DNA of 64,000 nt from Paramoeba atlantica (lineage: Eukaryota > Protista > Discosea), in NCBI GenBank assembly GCA_977017575.1, contig CDRNVI010000024.1:308368-372367 (forward strand). The letters run 5' to 3'. Below the pieces are notes generated by a model. The model was given only the letters and a program-made list of their open reading frames with translations, was not told where the DNA came from and did no database searches. Positions within the stretch are counted from its first letter, which is position 1, and every line of letters starts with the position of its first letter. Positions 45,462-56,393 of the stretch are shown here, piece by piece. The position numbers were made by a program, and so were the translations under genes.

Positions 45462-46295
45462 CTAAACAGAGCAATTCTCCAAGAAATTGGCCAACGCTCG
45501 GTCGTAACGTATGTAATGTTTAAGGTCGTGATAGTGTTTCATTGGGCTATCCGAATCCTCCATACTCTTCAATAAGACTTTGACGTTTCGAACCAGCCGA
45601 AGCGGCGCGCAGTGAATGCCAGAGCCTAACGACCGGTACCAAATTTTGGTTCGGACGCGATAGGGCACAAACGCGAACAAGTTGCCAAGCTCCGAAAAAG
45701 CCGATTGGCAGGCCGACAGCTTGGCTGTGGTCTCGTGGGGACTTAACTGAGCTTCTTCCGTACTTAATCCTTTGACGGATTGCTGCAACCTTTGTTGAAT
45801 CACCTGGGGCAGGCGAAAATTTCCAAACTGCGGGGCATAGGACACCCAATGAAAGGTGAGAAACGTCCCCGCACTCCTCTGCGGAGAGTGATGCTGACAG
45901 TAAATCGGATTCCACAACACCGCATACCAACTGGAGGGGGTAAACCCAGAAAGCGGGACCTCACACAGCTCACGAAACACCGGCTCACTCTCCATTAACT
46001 CCTTCACATGGAGAAAAAACGGCGCACGCTCATTCGGGGGCCTACTCGGGGTACACTCAAACCGTCTCCCCTCCCCCGTCTCCAGCCCCACCCCACTCAA
46101 CAGCGGGACATAGAACAAACTCCGGGTGGGGGACAGATGACTCACGTGGGGGGCACGTAACGGAATCTCCACCCCCTCGATGCGGTCATAAAACCTCCAG
46201 CTCTCCTGTAGCGAAATCGAGCGCCCCTCCCCCCCTCCCACGGGGTGGGTCCGGGCGAGGAACTGGATGATGTCGCCGTAGCCCGAGACCTCCAT
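45462..46295 (-). CDS. DUF789-like protein
   Basis: SLQESW.FY, FYVPLLSG, P.ERAPF and SSWYAVLWNPIY...GTFLTFH resemble the DUF789 motifs as recalled. Confidence 0.65.
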   Translation of the reverse strand: MEVSGYGDIIQFLARTHPVGGGEGRSISLQESWRFYDRIEGVEIPLRAPHVSHLSPTRSLFYVPLLSGVGLETGEGRRFECTPSRPPNERAPFFLHVKELMESEPVFRELCEVPLSGFTPSSWYAVLWNPIYCQHHSPQRSAGTFLTFHWVSYAPQFGNFRLPQVIQQRLQQSVKGLSTEEAQLSPHETTAKLSACQSAFSELGNLFAFVPYRVRTKIWYRSLGSGIHCAPLRLVRNVKVLLKSMEDSDSPMKHYHDLKHYIRYDRALANFLENCSV

Positions 46296-46311
46296 CGCGG
46301 CGTCGTCGTAG

Positions 46312-48126
46312 TCACACAGCAGGGTGCTGAGGGACGCCGTGGGGGGTCCCTCCCAGGTGAGGGAGGGGTTGGCCGGGCGTGAGGGGGAGTAGGCGTGGGT
46401 AGGGGTAGTGGTGGTAGTGGGGGTAGTCGTGGGGGTAGGGGTAGTGGTGGGGGTAGGGGTAGTCGTGGGGGTAGGGGTAGTCGTGGGGGTAGGGGTAGTC
46501 GTGGGGGTAGGGGTAGTCGTGGGGGTAGGGGTAGTCGTGGGGGTAGGGGTAGTCGTGGGGGTAGGGGTAGTCGTGGGGGTAGTCGTGGGGGTAGGGGTAG
46601 TCGTGGGGGTAGGGGTAGTCGTGGGGGTAGGGGTAGTCGTGGGGGTAGGGGTAGTCGTGGGGGTAGGGGTAGTCGTGGGGGTAGTCGTGGGGTAGGGGTA
46701 GTCGTGGGGGTAGGGGTAGTCGTGGGGGTAGGGGTAGTCGTGGGGTAGGGGTAGTCGTGGGGGTAGGGGTAGTCGTGGGGGTAGGGGTAGTGGTGGGGTA
46801 GGGGTAGTCGTGGGGGTAGGGGTAGTCGTGGGGGTAGGGGTAGTCGTGGGGGTAAGGGTAGTCGTGTGGGTAGGGTAGTCGTGGGGGTAGGGGTAGTCGT
46901 GGGGGTAGGGGTAGTCGTGGGGGTAGGGGTAGTCGTGGGGGTAGGGGTAGTCGTGGGGGTAGGGGTAGTCGTGGGGTAGGGGTAGTGGTGGGGGTAGGGG
47001 TAGTCGTGGGGGTAGGGGTAGTCGTGGGGGTAGGGGTAGTCGTGGGGGTAGGGGTAGTCGTGGGGGTAGGGGTAGTCGTGGGGGTAGGGGTAGTGGTGGG
47101 GGTAGGGGTAGTCGTGGGGGTAGGGGTAGTGGTGGGGGTAGGGGTAGTCGTGGGGGTAGGGGTAGTCGTGGGGGTAGGGGTAGTCGTGGGGTAGGGGTAG
47201 TCGTGGGGGTAGGGGTAGTCGTGGGGGTAGGGGTAGTCGTGGGGGTAGGGGTAGTCGTGGTGGTAGGGGTAGTCGTGGGGGTAGGGGTAGTCGTGGGGGT
47301 AGGGGTAGTCGTGGGGGTAGGGGTAGTCGTGGGGGTAGGGGTAGTGGTGGGGGTAGGGGTAGTCGTGGTAGTGGTGGTGGTGGGGGTAGGGGTAGTCGTG
47401 GGGGGGCGTGGAGGGGTTGAAGTCTTTGCGTTCGATTCGTGGGGAGGGGGCGGTGGGGGGTAGGGCGTGGGAGGGGTGAGGGGAGAGGAGGGGGAGGGGG
47501 GGATACGAACAGGTGGGGAGTAACGGGGAGGAGAGGGGGGAGAGGGGGAGAGGGGGGAGAGGGGGGAGAGGGGGAAGAGGAGGGGGGTGGGTGGGGGTAG
47601 AGAGGGGGGGTGTCGGTAGAGGTAGAGGAGGGGAGGGGGGGAGGAGAGGAGGGGGTGGTGGTGGTAGTGGTAGTGGTAGGGTTGTTGTTGTGGTGGTGGT
47701 TATGATTCGTGTTGTTGTGGTGGCTATGATTCGTATCATTGTGATTGTCGTTGTCGTTGCTACTATTCGTGTTGTTATGGTTGGGGTTGGGGTTGGGGTT
47801 GGTATTGGGGTCGTGATGGTGGTTGTTGTTGCTGGGGTTGTGGCTGTGGTTGTTGCTGTCGTTACTTTGTGGGTGAAGGAGGTGAGAAGATTCCTGAGGA
47901 TTCGAAGAAGTGGGAGGGTAGGAGGCTGGGGAAAAGTGGAGGGTGGAAGGGAAATCGGTATAGGGGTCAGGGAGAGGATAGTCGTTCCAGAGTTGGCGGA
48001 GTTGGTTCTGGACCCTGGTTAGGGTCTGGGCTTTGCGGTCGTCGAGGGGAGAGGGGGGGAAGTATTTTTTATGTTGGTAAGAGGGGTCGTGGGTGGTGAA
48101 CGGGGGGTAGTGAGAATTTCGGACAT
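46312..48126 (-). CDS. Low-complexity protein (Asn/His-rich, Pro/Thr-rich, then (PHDYPY)n), frame broken by indels
   Basis: Piecewise translation gives LDDRKAQTLTRVQNQLRQLWNDYPLPDPY, an N/H tract, then RIERKDFNPSTPPHDYPY. Candidate ATG is at 48126. Several frame changes fall in homopolymers. Confidence 0.5.
46395..47405. repeat. About 55 tandem copies of the 18-mer GGGGGTAGGGGTAGTCGT
   Basis: Directly visible. Variants are GTC to GTG, 12-bp units and 1-bp G deletions. Confidence 0.95.
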
Positions 48127-48326
48127 GAAAATTTAGTTTGCAAAAAAGGTTCGTTTTTTTGTCTCTAGCGTTGCACTTTGTGTTTTTTAAAGGAGTATCG
48201 AATTCGTGAAAACCGAGAGGAAATTACGATCTTTCGTTAATCTAATTTCTCATGTTTTTCTGTATCACGCGTAAAATGAACGGCCATACAGTGTAGATGC
48301 CATGACAAAGTTCACATAAAAAAACG

Positions 48327-49033
48327 TTACCGAATAAGTTTCTTCACCTCCTTCATGTCCCTTTCCAAAACATCAGACAAATGCTGAATACCATGTTGTT
48401 TTTCTCGTAAGTAATCAACCACCTCTGATATCGGAATATCGCACTGCACAGCGTGCGCCTCCTCACTCTCGGTATTACCCGCTGGTATCGGTGTCTTCTC
48501 CAATTTATCCAGCGCGTTTACAGTTTGGGGTTGCGTATCCTCTATCGTGCTACATAAATTTTGGCTTTCTTTGAGTAAAGGGGCCTCGGAGGTCAGTGGG
48601 TTTTCCACACGTCGAAGCACCTGTATTTTTCCTAACAACAGCAACACGGAGCGCTGCAGTGCTGTATGTTTTTCTGATAGCTTTCTCAGACGAAAAGTCA
48701 TCTCGTCATGGCTTGTTTGGTACTTTCAGCCACCGAATAGAGTTGCTGAACAAGCTTCACGTATCCGCGAAGTGTCTCTGTTTGTAACTGAATCCGCTCC
48801 TGCAGTCCGGAGAAGAAATGGACTGGCAAAGGAAACATTCGGGAGGCGTCAGGGACGGACTCAGCGGCCTTCGTCCACTGCTCATCAGTCAGGTGAATAC
48901 CTTCGGAGGCGAGATGGTTGCGATAAAACGCGATTTGCGCATTGGCCTGTTCTGTGGGGCATATGCTAAAAAGAAATGAACGGAACGGACAGTTTTGGGA
49001 TTTCTTGTCGTACCTTTCGTCCCATTGGATCAA
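48327..49033 (-). CDS. NUP54: Nup54-like nucleoporin domain, split by a frameshift near 48700-48720
   Basis: WTKAAESVPD..MFPLPVHFFSGLQERIQLQ and LLGKIQVLRR...QHGIQHLSDVLERD match the Nup54 pattern across two ORFs overlapping at ATGA. Confidence 0.62.
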
Positions 49034-49219
49034 TTTTGGGAGAGGATTGGGAGTGATGGTCGTGGAAGACGCACCGGCAACATTGTTAAAATTGTAGGGC
49101 GAAAAAGTTAATTTTTGTAATATTTCAAGGCGAACACCTTTATAGTTTGGTCAATCATAAAAATTCTGTAGAAGCCTGTTTAGTGTAAAAATTTGCTATG
49201 CTTACCGTTGTAACAGATA

Positions 49220-50527
49220 TTACTCATCCACTGGACAGTTTGGACAGCACATGAGAACCTTTTGCGAAAACTGCGTACAAGACCGGCACGCACTCACTCC
49301 ACACTTTATACACCGATGTGTATCCTTTAGTTCCAGCTCACTTGTGTTGGTAGCCGTATCCGCGCCTCCTGCCCTGGCAGTTCCGTGGAGTGAGTACAGT
49401 GGGAAATGACAAAGAAAGCAATAGGTGTTTTTCACCGTCGAAAGGTAACGTTCTCTGTCAGAAATAGGACTTTTCGAGTCGTTTTCAATTTGACCGCCTT
49501 TGTGACATATCCTACTATCGTCTTCTAATGTTTCTGTATTTTCCTGGTCACCTGCTAAGTTGCTCCTAACAACCGTAGATGGGCCCCCCTGGCCCACTGG
49601 ATATTCTTGTCTTCGCAACATTAGCTCCTCCACTTGTATTAAGCTTGACGCCGATATCTCTGCTTTTTCTGCAGTTGAGCTCATTTTCACCATAAAGTTT
49701 TTTTGCTCACTGTTCTGTTGCATCTGAGCTCGCGACAGGAACGCACTGGAGAGCAAATCTAAACCACAAATCACACACGTACGCGGGAGAGATCCACACA
49801 GCACGGCCTCACATCGGGGACAATGAATCACGTTTTGTACATAATTTAAGTGACAAACACAAATTTGAGGGGTTCTCCTTTCTTCTACTGTGGGAAACCC
49901 GAATGGGAGTAGCTTTACACCCTCTGGATCGACCGAATTGGTTGTAGAATCATACGGTACGCGATGCATCACTAAATGTAGAATCTCTTCCAAATGTTTT
50001 TCCTGTAAAGGGACATAATAATGTCCTTCGGAAGCTAGCGAAGAGAGCATTTGGGTCTGGGCCCCAAATCCAATCACTGTAGTATGAATTTTTTCTTGAT
50101 GGGTCTGTTCAATCACTTGTGTCACATCCCCAGGGTCTGCAGAGTTTAGTGAGGAGGCGAGATAGAGAATCTCATGGGTGGCTGTTGTTGAGGTCGCTTG
50201 ATTTCGGGTAAATAAATGCAACGCGAGTCGCAGCGCATTCTCAACCGAGGGGGTGCCAGAAGGTGAGGTCTTGGCAAAATACTTTTCTACTTCATTCAGT
50301 ACAGTCTCCGGGGACATTTGGAAATCACAGATAAGCTCGGCGACCCCCTCACGCGTGGCTATAATCGCGAGATAGGAAACAGCATGGAGGTGAAGGTAGG
50401 AATGGATGAGATAGGGCAGGGCACAGTCTCGTAGCAGATGAAGCCGGTCAGGGAGAAAGTCTTTTCGGAGGACTGCCGCGGAGTAGTCGACGATGAGAAC
50501 CAGACGGCGGATAATGCAGTGAGGCAT
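49220..50527 (-). CDS. SSL1: TFIIH p44/Ssl1 subunit
   Basis: vWA start IIRRLVLIVDYS...DFLPDR, TPSVENAL, HCPRC...P..CVICGL zinc finger and a C-terminal Cys/His cluster. Confidence 0.88.
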   Translation of the reverse strand: MPHCIIRRLVLIVDYSAAVLRKDFLPDRLHLLRDCALPYLIHSYLHLHAVSYLAIIATREGVAELICDFQMSPETVLNEVEKYFAKTSPSGTPSVENALRLALHLFTRNQATSTTATHEILYLASSLNSADPGDVTQVIEQTHQEKIHTTVIGFGAQTQMLSSLASEGHYYVPLQEKHLEEILHLVMHRVPYDSTTNSVDPEGVKLLPFGFPTVEERRTPQICVCHLNYVQNVIHCPRCEAVLCGSLPRTCVICGLDLLSSAFLSRAQMQQNSEQKNFMVKMSSTAEKAEISASSLIQVEELMLRRQEYPVGQGGPSTVVRSNLAGDQENTETLEDDSRICHKGGQIENDSKSPISDRERYLSTVKNTYCFLCHFPLYSLHGTARAGGADTATNTSELELKDTHRCIKCGVSACRSCTQFSQKVLMCCPNCPVDE

Positions 50528-50791
50528 AACAGGAGGGGACTGCGGGGGTTTAGGAAGAGGTAAGGATATGGGACATAGGGAGGAAAAGAGCGAAAGTAGG
50601 TGTAAAGTGGTGCGCTATTCGGGAGTTGGGATTCGATTATAGGACGTACATTTTCTAAACGTGGTGGTGCGCGATAAAGACTATCACATACATGTATGCC
50701 TGTTGGTAATAAAAAACACGCATGGACATGTAGAAAAAAGACATCTCGTAGAACTACAGTCATATGCACATATTTGTCACCACAGGCGTCT

Positions 50792-52561
50792 CTAAAGATT
50801 TCTTGCCACAATGTTGTCCTCGAAATCAACTTGTTTTTGCTCTCGCCTTTCCCAGAATTTCCCCTTCCCACCTTGCTTGTCCGCAGGCAGTACGCGGCGC
50901 TGAGTATGTCTTCCCACGGGCTCTGTTTCCCGATCAAATTGGTCCCCGGAGTTATTCACATCGGGCTGCGACTGCGGCCTGCGTGACATCTTTTGTAGAA
51001 CCATGTTGAGCGTTTGTTCCTCCTTGCCCTCCCCAGAGAAGCGCTCATTCCACTTCTCCCTTCTTCGGTCGAGGTTAGCGTTTTGTATAGCCATGGCCAC
51101 CTCAAAGGGAACAGAGCCAATTGCTTTTTTGTACTCGTACAACGTGGAGCATCGTGCCAGGGCGGGTCCCCACTCGTGCTCCGTCATCACACGATGCATC
51201 TCCGCAAGCAGCCGGCCAATAATCTGCGTCAGTGTTCTGTCCGGGGTGTGTACAAAACTACCAATCCCGGTACGCTCCTCAATATAACCTCGAATCCAGT
51301 CCAGGTCCGATGAGGCGTTGTAGAACAGTCGCATGGCCTCGACCTTGGCATCGGAGTCCTGTCTCTCTTTTTGAATCAATTCCTGGACTTGTTCCTTCGT
51401 CCTGCCCGCGGTGATTCCCCTGGGGTAGAGATGCTTTTCCAGCGCTGCCGCATACACGCGGTCGCGCATGTCCGTTAACCCCAATGACTCACACTCAGGC
51501 GACAACACCACATCCCGTGCAATCAACCCCCCGACCCCCGTGGTCTCACGGAAACACTCATCATACTCTGTGGTGTCCGTCCAAATAAACTCGTAGTACC
51601 GTTTCTGGAGCATCTCGTGCACCGCCATAGGGTTCTCCGTGTTCTCTGGAGCGTCCAACACAAACCCCAGCTCCTCATAACGCAGCACCACCCCATCCGG
51701 ATCCGGATCCCAACGCATACTCGGGAGCCTTGGAAGCCAATCATTCATCCGACCATCCCGAAACCCCACAGGGCTCCACCCCTCCCAACGGTAATTAGGT
51801 GGCAACCCCAGCTCCTTCCGCCGGTACGCCTTCTCCAAATCATACAACGCGTCCACCATAGGCATCGAAAACTTTGGAGCCCCAATCTGGGGTCCACTCT
51901 CATAGGGATTCCTCCCCCCCTGTTCCCCCTGCTCGTGTTCTCTCTCCGCCCTCCCGTTCACATCGTGCCTCCACAGATGTATCCGTAGCCGGTGGGGGTG
52001 GTAGAACGGGTAGTACACCCCGATCACCCTCCAGTACCGGGCCTGTCGCACCCACACCTGTGCCTTCTCCACCCACCTCGGGGCCATCACATCGGCGTAC
52101 CCGCGAATGGAGAGGTCTTTGAGAAACAGCGGAATCGCCTCGGGTTTGTCAAACGCGAGGTCGATGAGCGGCTTCTCCTTCTCGTCCCAGTCCGTGGCGC
52201 GGGACTGCCAGGGGAGGGAGGGGGCGCGGGGGGGGGAGGTGTCGACCCACGGGGCCGGGGGCTGCCAGGTGCGGTGGGATTGTTTCGGGTAGGCGTAGGG
52301 GCTGAACTCCTCGCGGGGGAGGAGGAAGGCGGATTTGTGGTTGAGGCGCCACCGTGGGGGGAGCAGGGAGGTGGTGCCGGGGGTGAGGTAGTGGACAGGG
52401 GGGTCGGGGGAGGAGGGGGAGGGGGGGACAGAGGAAGGGGGGAGGAGAAGGGGGGGACAACGGAGATACATGGGGGAGGGGGGGGAGAGAGGAGAAGGAG
52501 ATGATGTAAGGATGAGTGATCTTCTTTTATGAAGAAAGGGAAAGGGTTGTCGGTTGGACAT
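50792..52561 (-). CDS. Conserved-looking hypothetical protein with a Pro-rich N-terminus
   Basis: About 590 codons from the first ATG (52561). Aromatic-rich globular region (LYDLEKAYRRKELGLPPNYRWEGW). No family confidently recognised. Confidence 0.75.
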   Translation of the reverse strand: MSNRQPFPFLHKRRSLILTSSPSPLSPPSPMYLRCPPLLLPPSSVPPSPSSPDPPVHYLTPGTTSLLPPRWRLNHKSAFLLPREEFSPYAYPKQSHRTWQPPAPWVDTSPPRAPSLPWQSRATDWDEKEKPLIDLAFDKPEAIPLFLKDLSIRGYADVMAPRWVEKAQVWVRQARYWRVIGVYYPFYHPHRLRIHLWRHDVNGRAEREHEQGEQGGRNPYESGPQIGAPKFSMPMVDALYDLEKAYRRKELGLPPNYRWEGWSPVGFRDGRMNDWLPRLPSMRWDPDPDGVVLRYEELGFVLDAPENTENPMAVHEMLQKRYYEFIWTDTTEYDECFRETTGVGGLIARDVVLSPECESLGLTDMRDRVYAAALEKHLYPRGITAGRTKEQVQELIQKERQDSDAKVEAMRLFYNASSDLDWIRGYIEERTGIGSFVHTPDRTLTQIIGRLLAEMHRVMTEHEWGPALARCSTLYEYKKAIGSVPFEVAMAIQNANLDRRREKWNERFSGEGKEEQTLNMVLQKMSRRPQSQPDVNNSGDQFDRETEPVGRHTQRRVLPADKQGGKGKFWERREQKQVDFEDNIVARNL

Positions 52562-53150
52562 TGTTGATCTTTTCGTTACAGTGCCCGTAAAAAAATGTTT
52601 CTCGAAACTTATACCCGAATCGTCGGACACGTCTGGATGGCTGAGGGCCCGCAACCTTTCCAGGCCAAACGGGCCATGAACATAAACGTTATCTTTTTTC
52701 TTATCCTTTTTTCTTTCCCCAAGGCGGAATTCTCCTCGCTAAGTTTTGATCAAATCTAGCATTCATGGGTAATCCCTGAGTTCCATAAGGTTTATCCGGA
52801 AAACAGGGGACCGTGAATGCACTTCCAAAAAACAATTTCGTCTCCCCGCACTATTCAGTGATTAGTAGAATTAGGCAAAATTAAACACTACTCCCCCCTC
52901 CATAAGTAATTATAAATACACCTCGAACTAGCACTTTTACTCCCTTGTGACTTATAATTCCTATGCCTTTCATAAGTAATTATAAAAGCAACTTAGATCG
53001 ATTCGATCGATAATTTTTTTGCCTCGTATTTTTTTTGTTTTCTTTTTTGTTGATTTCTGATGAGCTTGACAACCTTGCTGAGATTGGAGTGGAACGATTA
53101 GCTATCTGAATATTGTATAGACGATTAGCTATCTGTTATTTGTGAACTTA

Positions 53151-54690
53151 CAGGGGTGCGGGTCTAAAGGTAGGGGGGGTCTAAAATTCGTAAAAGTTGT
53201 CCAATTTTGGAAAATAATAGCGCATTGGATAGCTCTCACAGAGTTGTATGTTTTAGGCGCATTAAAATCCTGTGATTTTAACGTACATATTTTTTGATAC
53301 CACATTTCGCTTTTTTCCCTCGCAGGAATTACATTTTTTACTAGAAAATGCCCCAAAAGCGCGCTCGCTCGAGGACTTCCCGTGGAGTACTGAGCGATAG
53401 ATCGTATTCTTCCCCCGCCCCCGTCAAAGAGAGTCACCGCATGCTTTTGGTGGCGGAATACGAGCGCACAGGATCGTACTCCGCTACGGCGCAGCACTTT
53501 GGTGTTCATGAGAACACTGTAAAACGTTGGGTTGAACGTTTTACCCTTACGGGTGACGTGTTAACGGCATCCCGAGAGCGTGTCTCGACGGTGGTTACCC
53601 CTGCGTTCCTGGATGTGGCTCTCAAGCTTGTCGACGAGGGGTATCGCGACCTTGTTTACGGCGTAGAGAGCTGGAGCGATCTTCTGCGAGAGATCCGTAG
53701 CCAAGGATTCACCTGCAGTAGACGGACCCTAGTCGACATATTGAAGAAGCAAGGCGTTGTGCTCCGCACTCTTCGGCGACGACCATCACTCACACTCGAA
53801 CACAAGGAGAAACGGTTGCAATTTTGTAAGGCGATGCTCGAGAAGAGCGACGCTCAACTCCTTCATTTTGTTTATTGTGACGAAAAGAAGTTTACTTGCG
53901 GTCGTGGGCGTTCCGGGCGAACTTACCTTTGTCGGAGGACGGACCCCCATAAGGAACAACGAGGCGAGCTAGAATCATGGTACGGCGGAAATGGGATTAT
54001 GGTTTGGATGGGTGTGAGCCTCAAACACGGCTTCCATCTCCACATTTTCCCTCCTCGAAATTCAGAAGGCCGGAAACTCACCGTTACGGGTGAAATTTTT
54101 GATCAGGCTCTGAAAAAGCCACGGGGCTTTCTTCAATATTTAAAGCGAAATCCAGCGGCCACGATTGCCATGGACAACTGCCCGGCCCACAACAAGGCGC
54201 GTGCCACGTTCCGTGATACAGGAATTTCCGTCCTCCCCTGGCCTGCAAAATCTCCAGACCTGAATCCGATCGAAAATTTGTGGTCTGTGATGGACACAGA
54301 CAAAAATCTTCTTCGACCCCGAAATCGACAGCAACTGGAAGCCGCCATTGAGGCGTCTTTCCTTAAATTGAAACAGACCCACTCTGCAACGGTTCAGAAA
54401 ACGTTGAAGAGTTTCAGGAAGCGTTGTGAAATTGTTATTAGTCGGAACGGGGGGCACTGTGGTTACTAATTGTCTTTTGCAATCCAAATTACAGAAATTA
54501 TTGACATCACTAAAGTGCTGCAAGATGTGTTTTTGACCCCTACATGAAAGGGGGGTACCCCCCAAACCCCGGATGCTACCTATCCTAAAACATACAACTC
54601 TGTGAGAGCTATCCAATGCGCTATTACTTTCCAAAATTGGACAACTTTTACGAATTTTAGATCCCCCACACCTTTAGATTCGCACCCCTG
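53151..54690 (+). mobile_element. Apparently intact autonomous Tc1-like transposon
   Basis: 107-bp TIRs (53151-53257 / 54584-54690) with 6 mismatches, starting CAGGGGTGCG, TA on both sides, and one uninterrupted ORF. Confidence 0.92.
53348..54469 (+). CDS. Tc1/IS630-superfamily transposase, DD32E
   Basis: HTH (SATAQHFGVHENTVKRWV), second HTH, YCDEK, MDNCPAH, WPAKSPDLNPIENLW, NGGHCGY. Confidence 0.92.
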   Translation: MPQKRARSRTSRGVLSDRSYSSPAPVKESHRMLLVAEYERTGSYSATAQHFGVHENTVKRWVERFTLTGDVLTASRERVSTVVTPAFLDVALKLVDEGYRDLVYGVESWSDLLREIRSQGFTCSRRTLVDILKKQGVVLRTLRRRPSLTLEHKEKRLQFCKAMLEKSDAQLLHFVYCDEKKFTCGRGRSGRTYLCRRTDPHKEQRGELESWYGGNGIMVWMGVSLKHGFHLHIFPPRNSEGRKLTVTGEIFDQALKKPRGFLQYLKRNPAATIAMDNCPAHNKARATFRDTGISVLPWPAKSPDLNPIENLWSVMDTDKNLLRPRNRQQLEAAIEASFLKLKQTHSATVQKTLKSFRKRCEIVISRNGGHCGY

Positions 54691-54798
54691 TATGATAACA
54701 ATTGTCTAAGATAATATAAGTTTATGATAAGAATTTTAAAGATGTGCAACGATTGTTTGAGTGAGTTGGGCTTTATTGTGTTGTAGCAAGTGATTATT

Positions 54799-55663
54799 GC
54801 GGTGGTTGTAAAACTACCGCTCTACCCTCGATTATAGAAAAAAAAGTGAACAAAAACAGTGAAAATATAAAGAGGAACACAGTAATATAATAGAAGAAAA
54901 AATAAAAGGGGGCTCCGGTGGTCTAAAACTGAAAAAAAAAATTGATAAAAATGGGGGGTCTAGGGTGGGCATACCGCACGAATTTTTTTTTTTCGATAAA
55001 AACCCGCAGAAGGGGTATCCGGGGTCTTGTCGCGTATTTTCCACCCCCCTACCCGGGGGTGACCCCCCCGCGTATGCGCAGGACGGGTCCGCCAAGTTCG
55101 GATTTTTTCGGAAATTTACTTTTGAAAAAAATTTCAACTTGGCGAAAAAAATGGCAAAAGAACTATTTTTCCAAAATCGTTTTCCCTATTGTATTTTGAC
55201 AGTGTGGGACCTATACTAGCTTTCTAAGCAGTTGTTTTCGCCAGATATCCCGTCTTCGAGCCGTGGTCCGCCCCTCAAAATGACCCATTTTTGACTAAAA
55301 AAGGTGAAAAAGTATTTTTCGGACCCCAAGGGGCCCTTTTGTGTCGAAAGAATGATATGGTTGGAGTCGTATTCTCTACCCAATACGTTCGGTAGGCTTT
55401 CGTTCATGCCTACGAGCGATTTCCCACGCGCAAATGTCGGATTTAGTGCTCTGAGAGCAAAAATACACAAAAATGACCCGATTTTTACCGGAGAATCGGC
55501 TAATTGTGGCTATAATACTTCAATTTTCTTCAGCTTTCCACGCCAAATTTTCTTTTTTAGGCTCTTCGTTAAACGCGGAGGTAGTTTTCAACGCGAAGAG
55601 CGCAGCATGAGTGACTTCTAAGTTGGAAACAACCACTGCGTTTAACGAAGAGCCTAAAAAAGA
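54799..55663 (-). mobile_element. Family B copy 5 (both ends intact)
   Basis: 3' hairpin GCGGTGGTTGTAAAACTACCGC at 54799-54820 and a 42-bp inverted repeat at 55551-55663. Confidence 0.75.
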
Positions 55664-55764
55664 AATTTTCTTGATCTAGATTCATAGTTCATTTATTCTC
55701 TTTTCGCTTTTTCGTGCCCACCCACCGGCCCCCTACGCCGGCCGGGCGCGGAACGCCCGTTCGT

Positions 55765-56393
55765 ACTACATTTTAGTTTGACTGAACCATGCTCCAAACG
55801 TTTTCTATTGGAGAGAGATCGGGGGAGTTGAGCGGACAATTTTTCAATAATTTCATGTTGCCGTCCTCAAGGTACGCTTTTGTTTCCTTGGCAGTCTAAG
55901 GTGTTGCCCCATCTTGCTGAAAAATACAGTTTGAGGGGAATGGTACTTTTTTTAATGTTTTAATGTACGAAACACATGTAATTGAGATGGGTGGGAGAAC
56001 AACAAGGTGTCTTTTGATTCTGTTTTTTACTTCAGGGCTCAGAGTATAAACATTTTCAGGCGAATTCTTTTTCAAATATTTTCGAATATGTTTCACATTG
56101 ACATTAAACTCGCGGGATACTTGCCTTATCGCAACCCCTTGGCCAAGCCTCATGCGCAATAACACTTTTCCACTTTCTGTAAGACCAACCCTGGGGAGTC
56201 GATACGTCTTTCTTGGCATGAAAAGTGATTTTTTTTAAAATATAAATTCAACTTTTTTTTATTTTCCGAAATGACCTAAAGACAACGGGAACGAACAGAT
56301 CTCAAAATTTTGCACGATAAAGTGGTGCGATAACCCCCCTAGCCCCCCTCGTGCAAAAAATAAGGGTGGGTGCCTTTTTGATGCGGAGGGGTT
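55765..56393 (-). mobile_element. DD35E Tc1-like internal-deletion derivative
   Basis: HTH MPRKTYRLPRVGLTESGK fused to ...FQQDGATP*TAK...NSPDLSPIENVW. The end GGAGGGGTT is followed by TA. Confidence 0.8.

Noticed and set aside
46395-47405. Telomeric repeat (TAGGGG-like)
   Set aside because: The unit is an 18-mer with a GTCGT spacer, lies internally between genes, and is not the TTAGGG hexamer.
46395-48099. Plus-strand Gly/Val/Arg-rich ORFs, and similar antisense ORFs at 27376-28819, 43975-44685, 51617-52504 and 61414-62132
   Set aside because: These are antisense shadows of real genes or repeats in GC-rich, stop-poor sequence.
50359-50937. 192-aa minus-strand ORF
   Set aside because: It overlaps two better-supported genes on the same strand in other frames and has no motifs.
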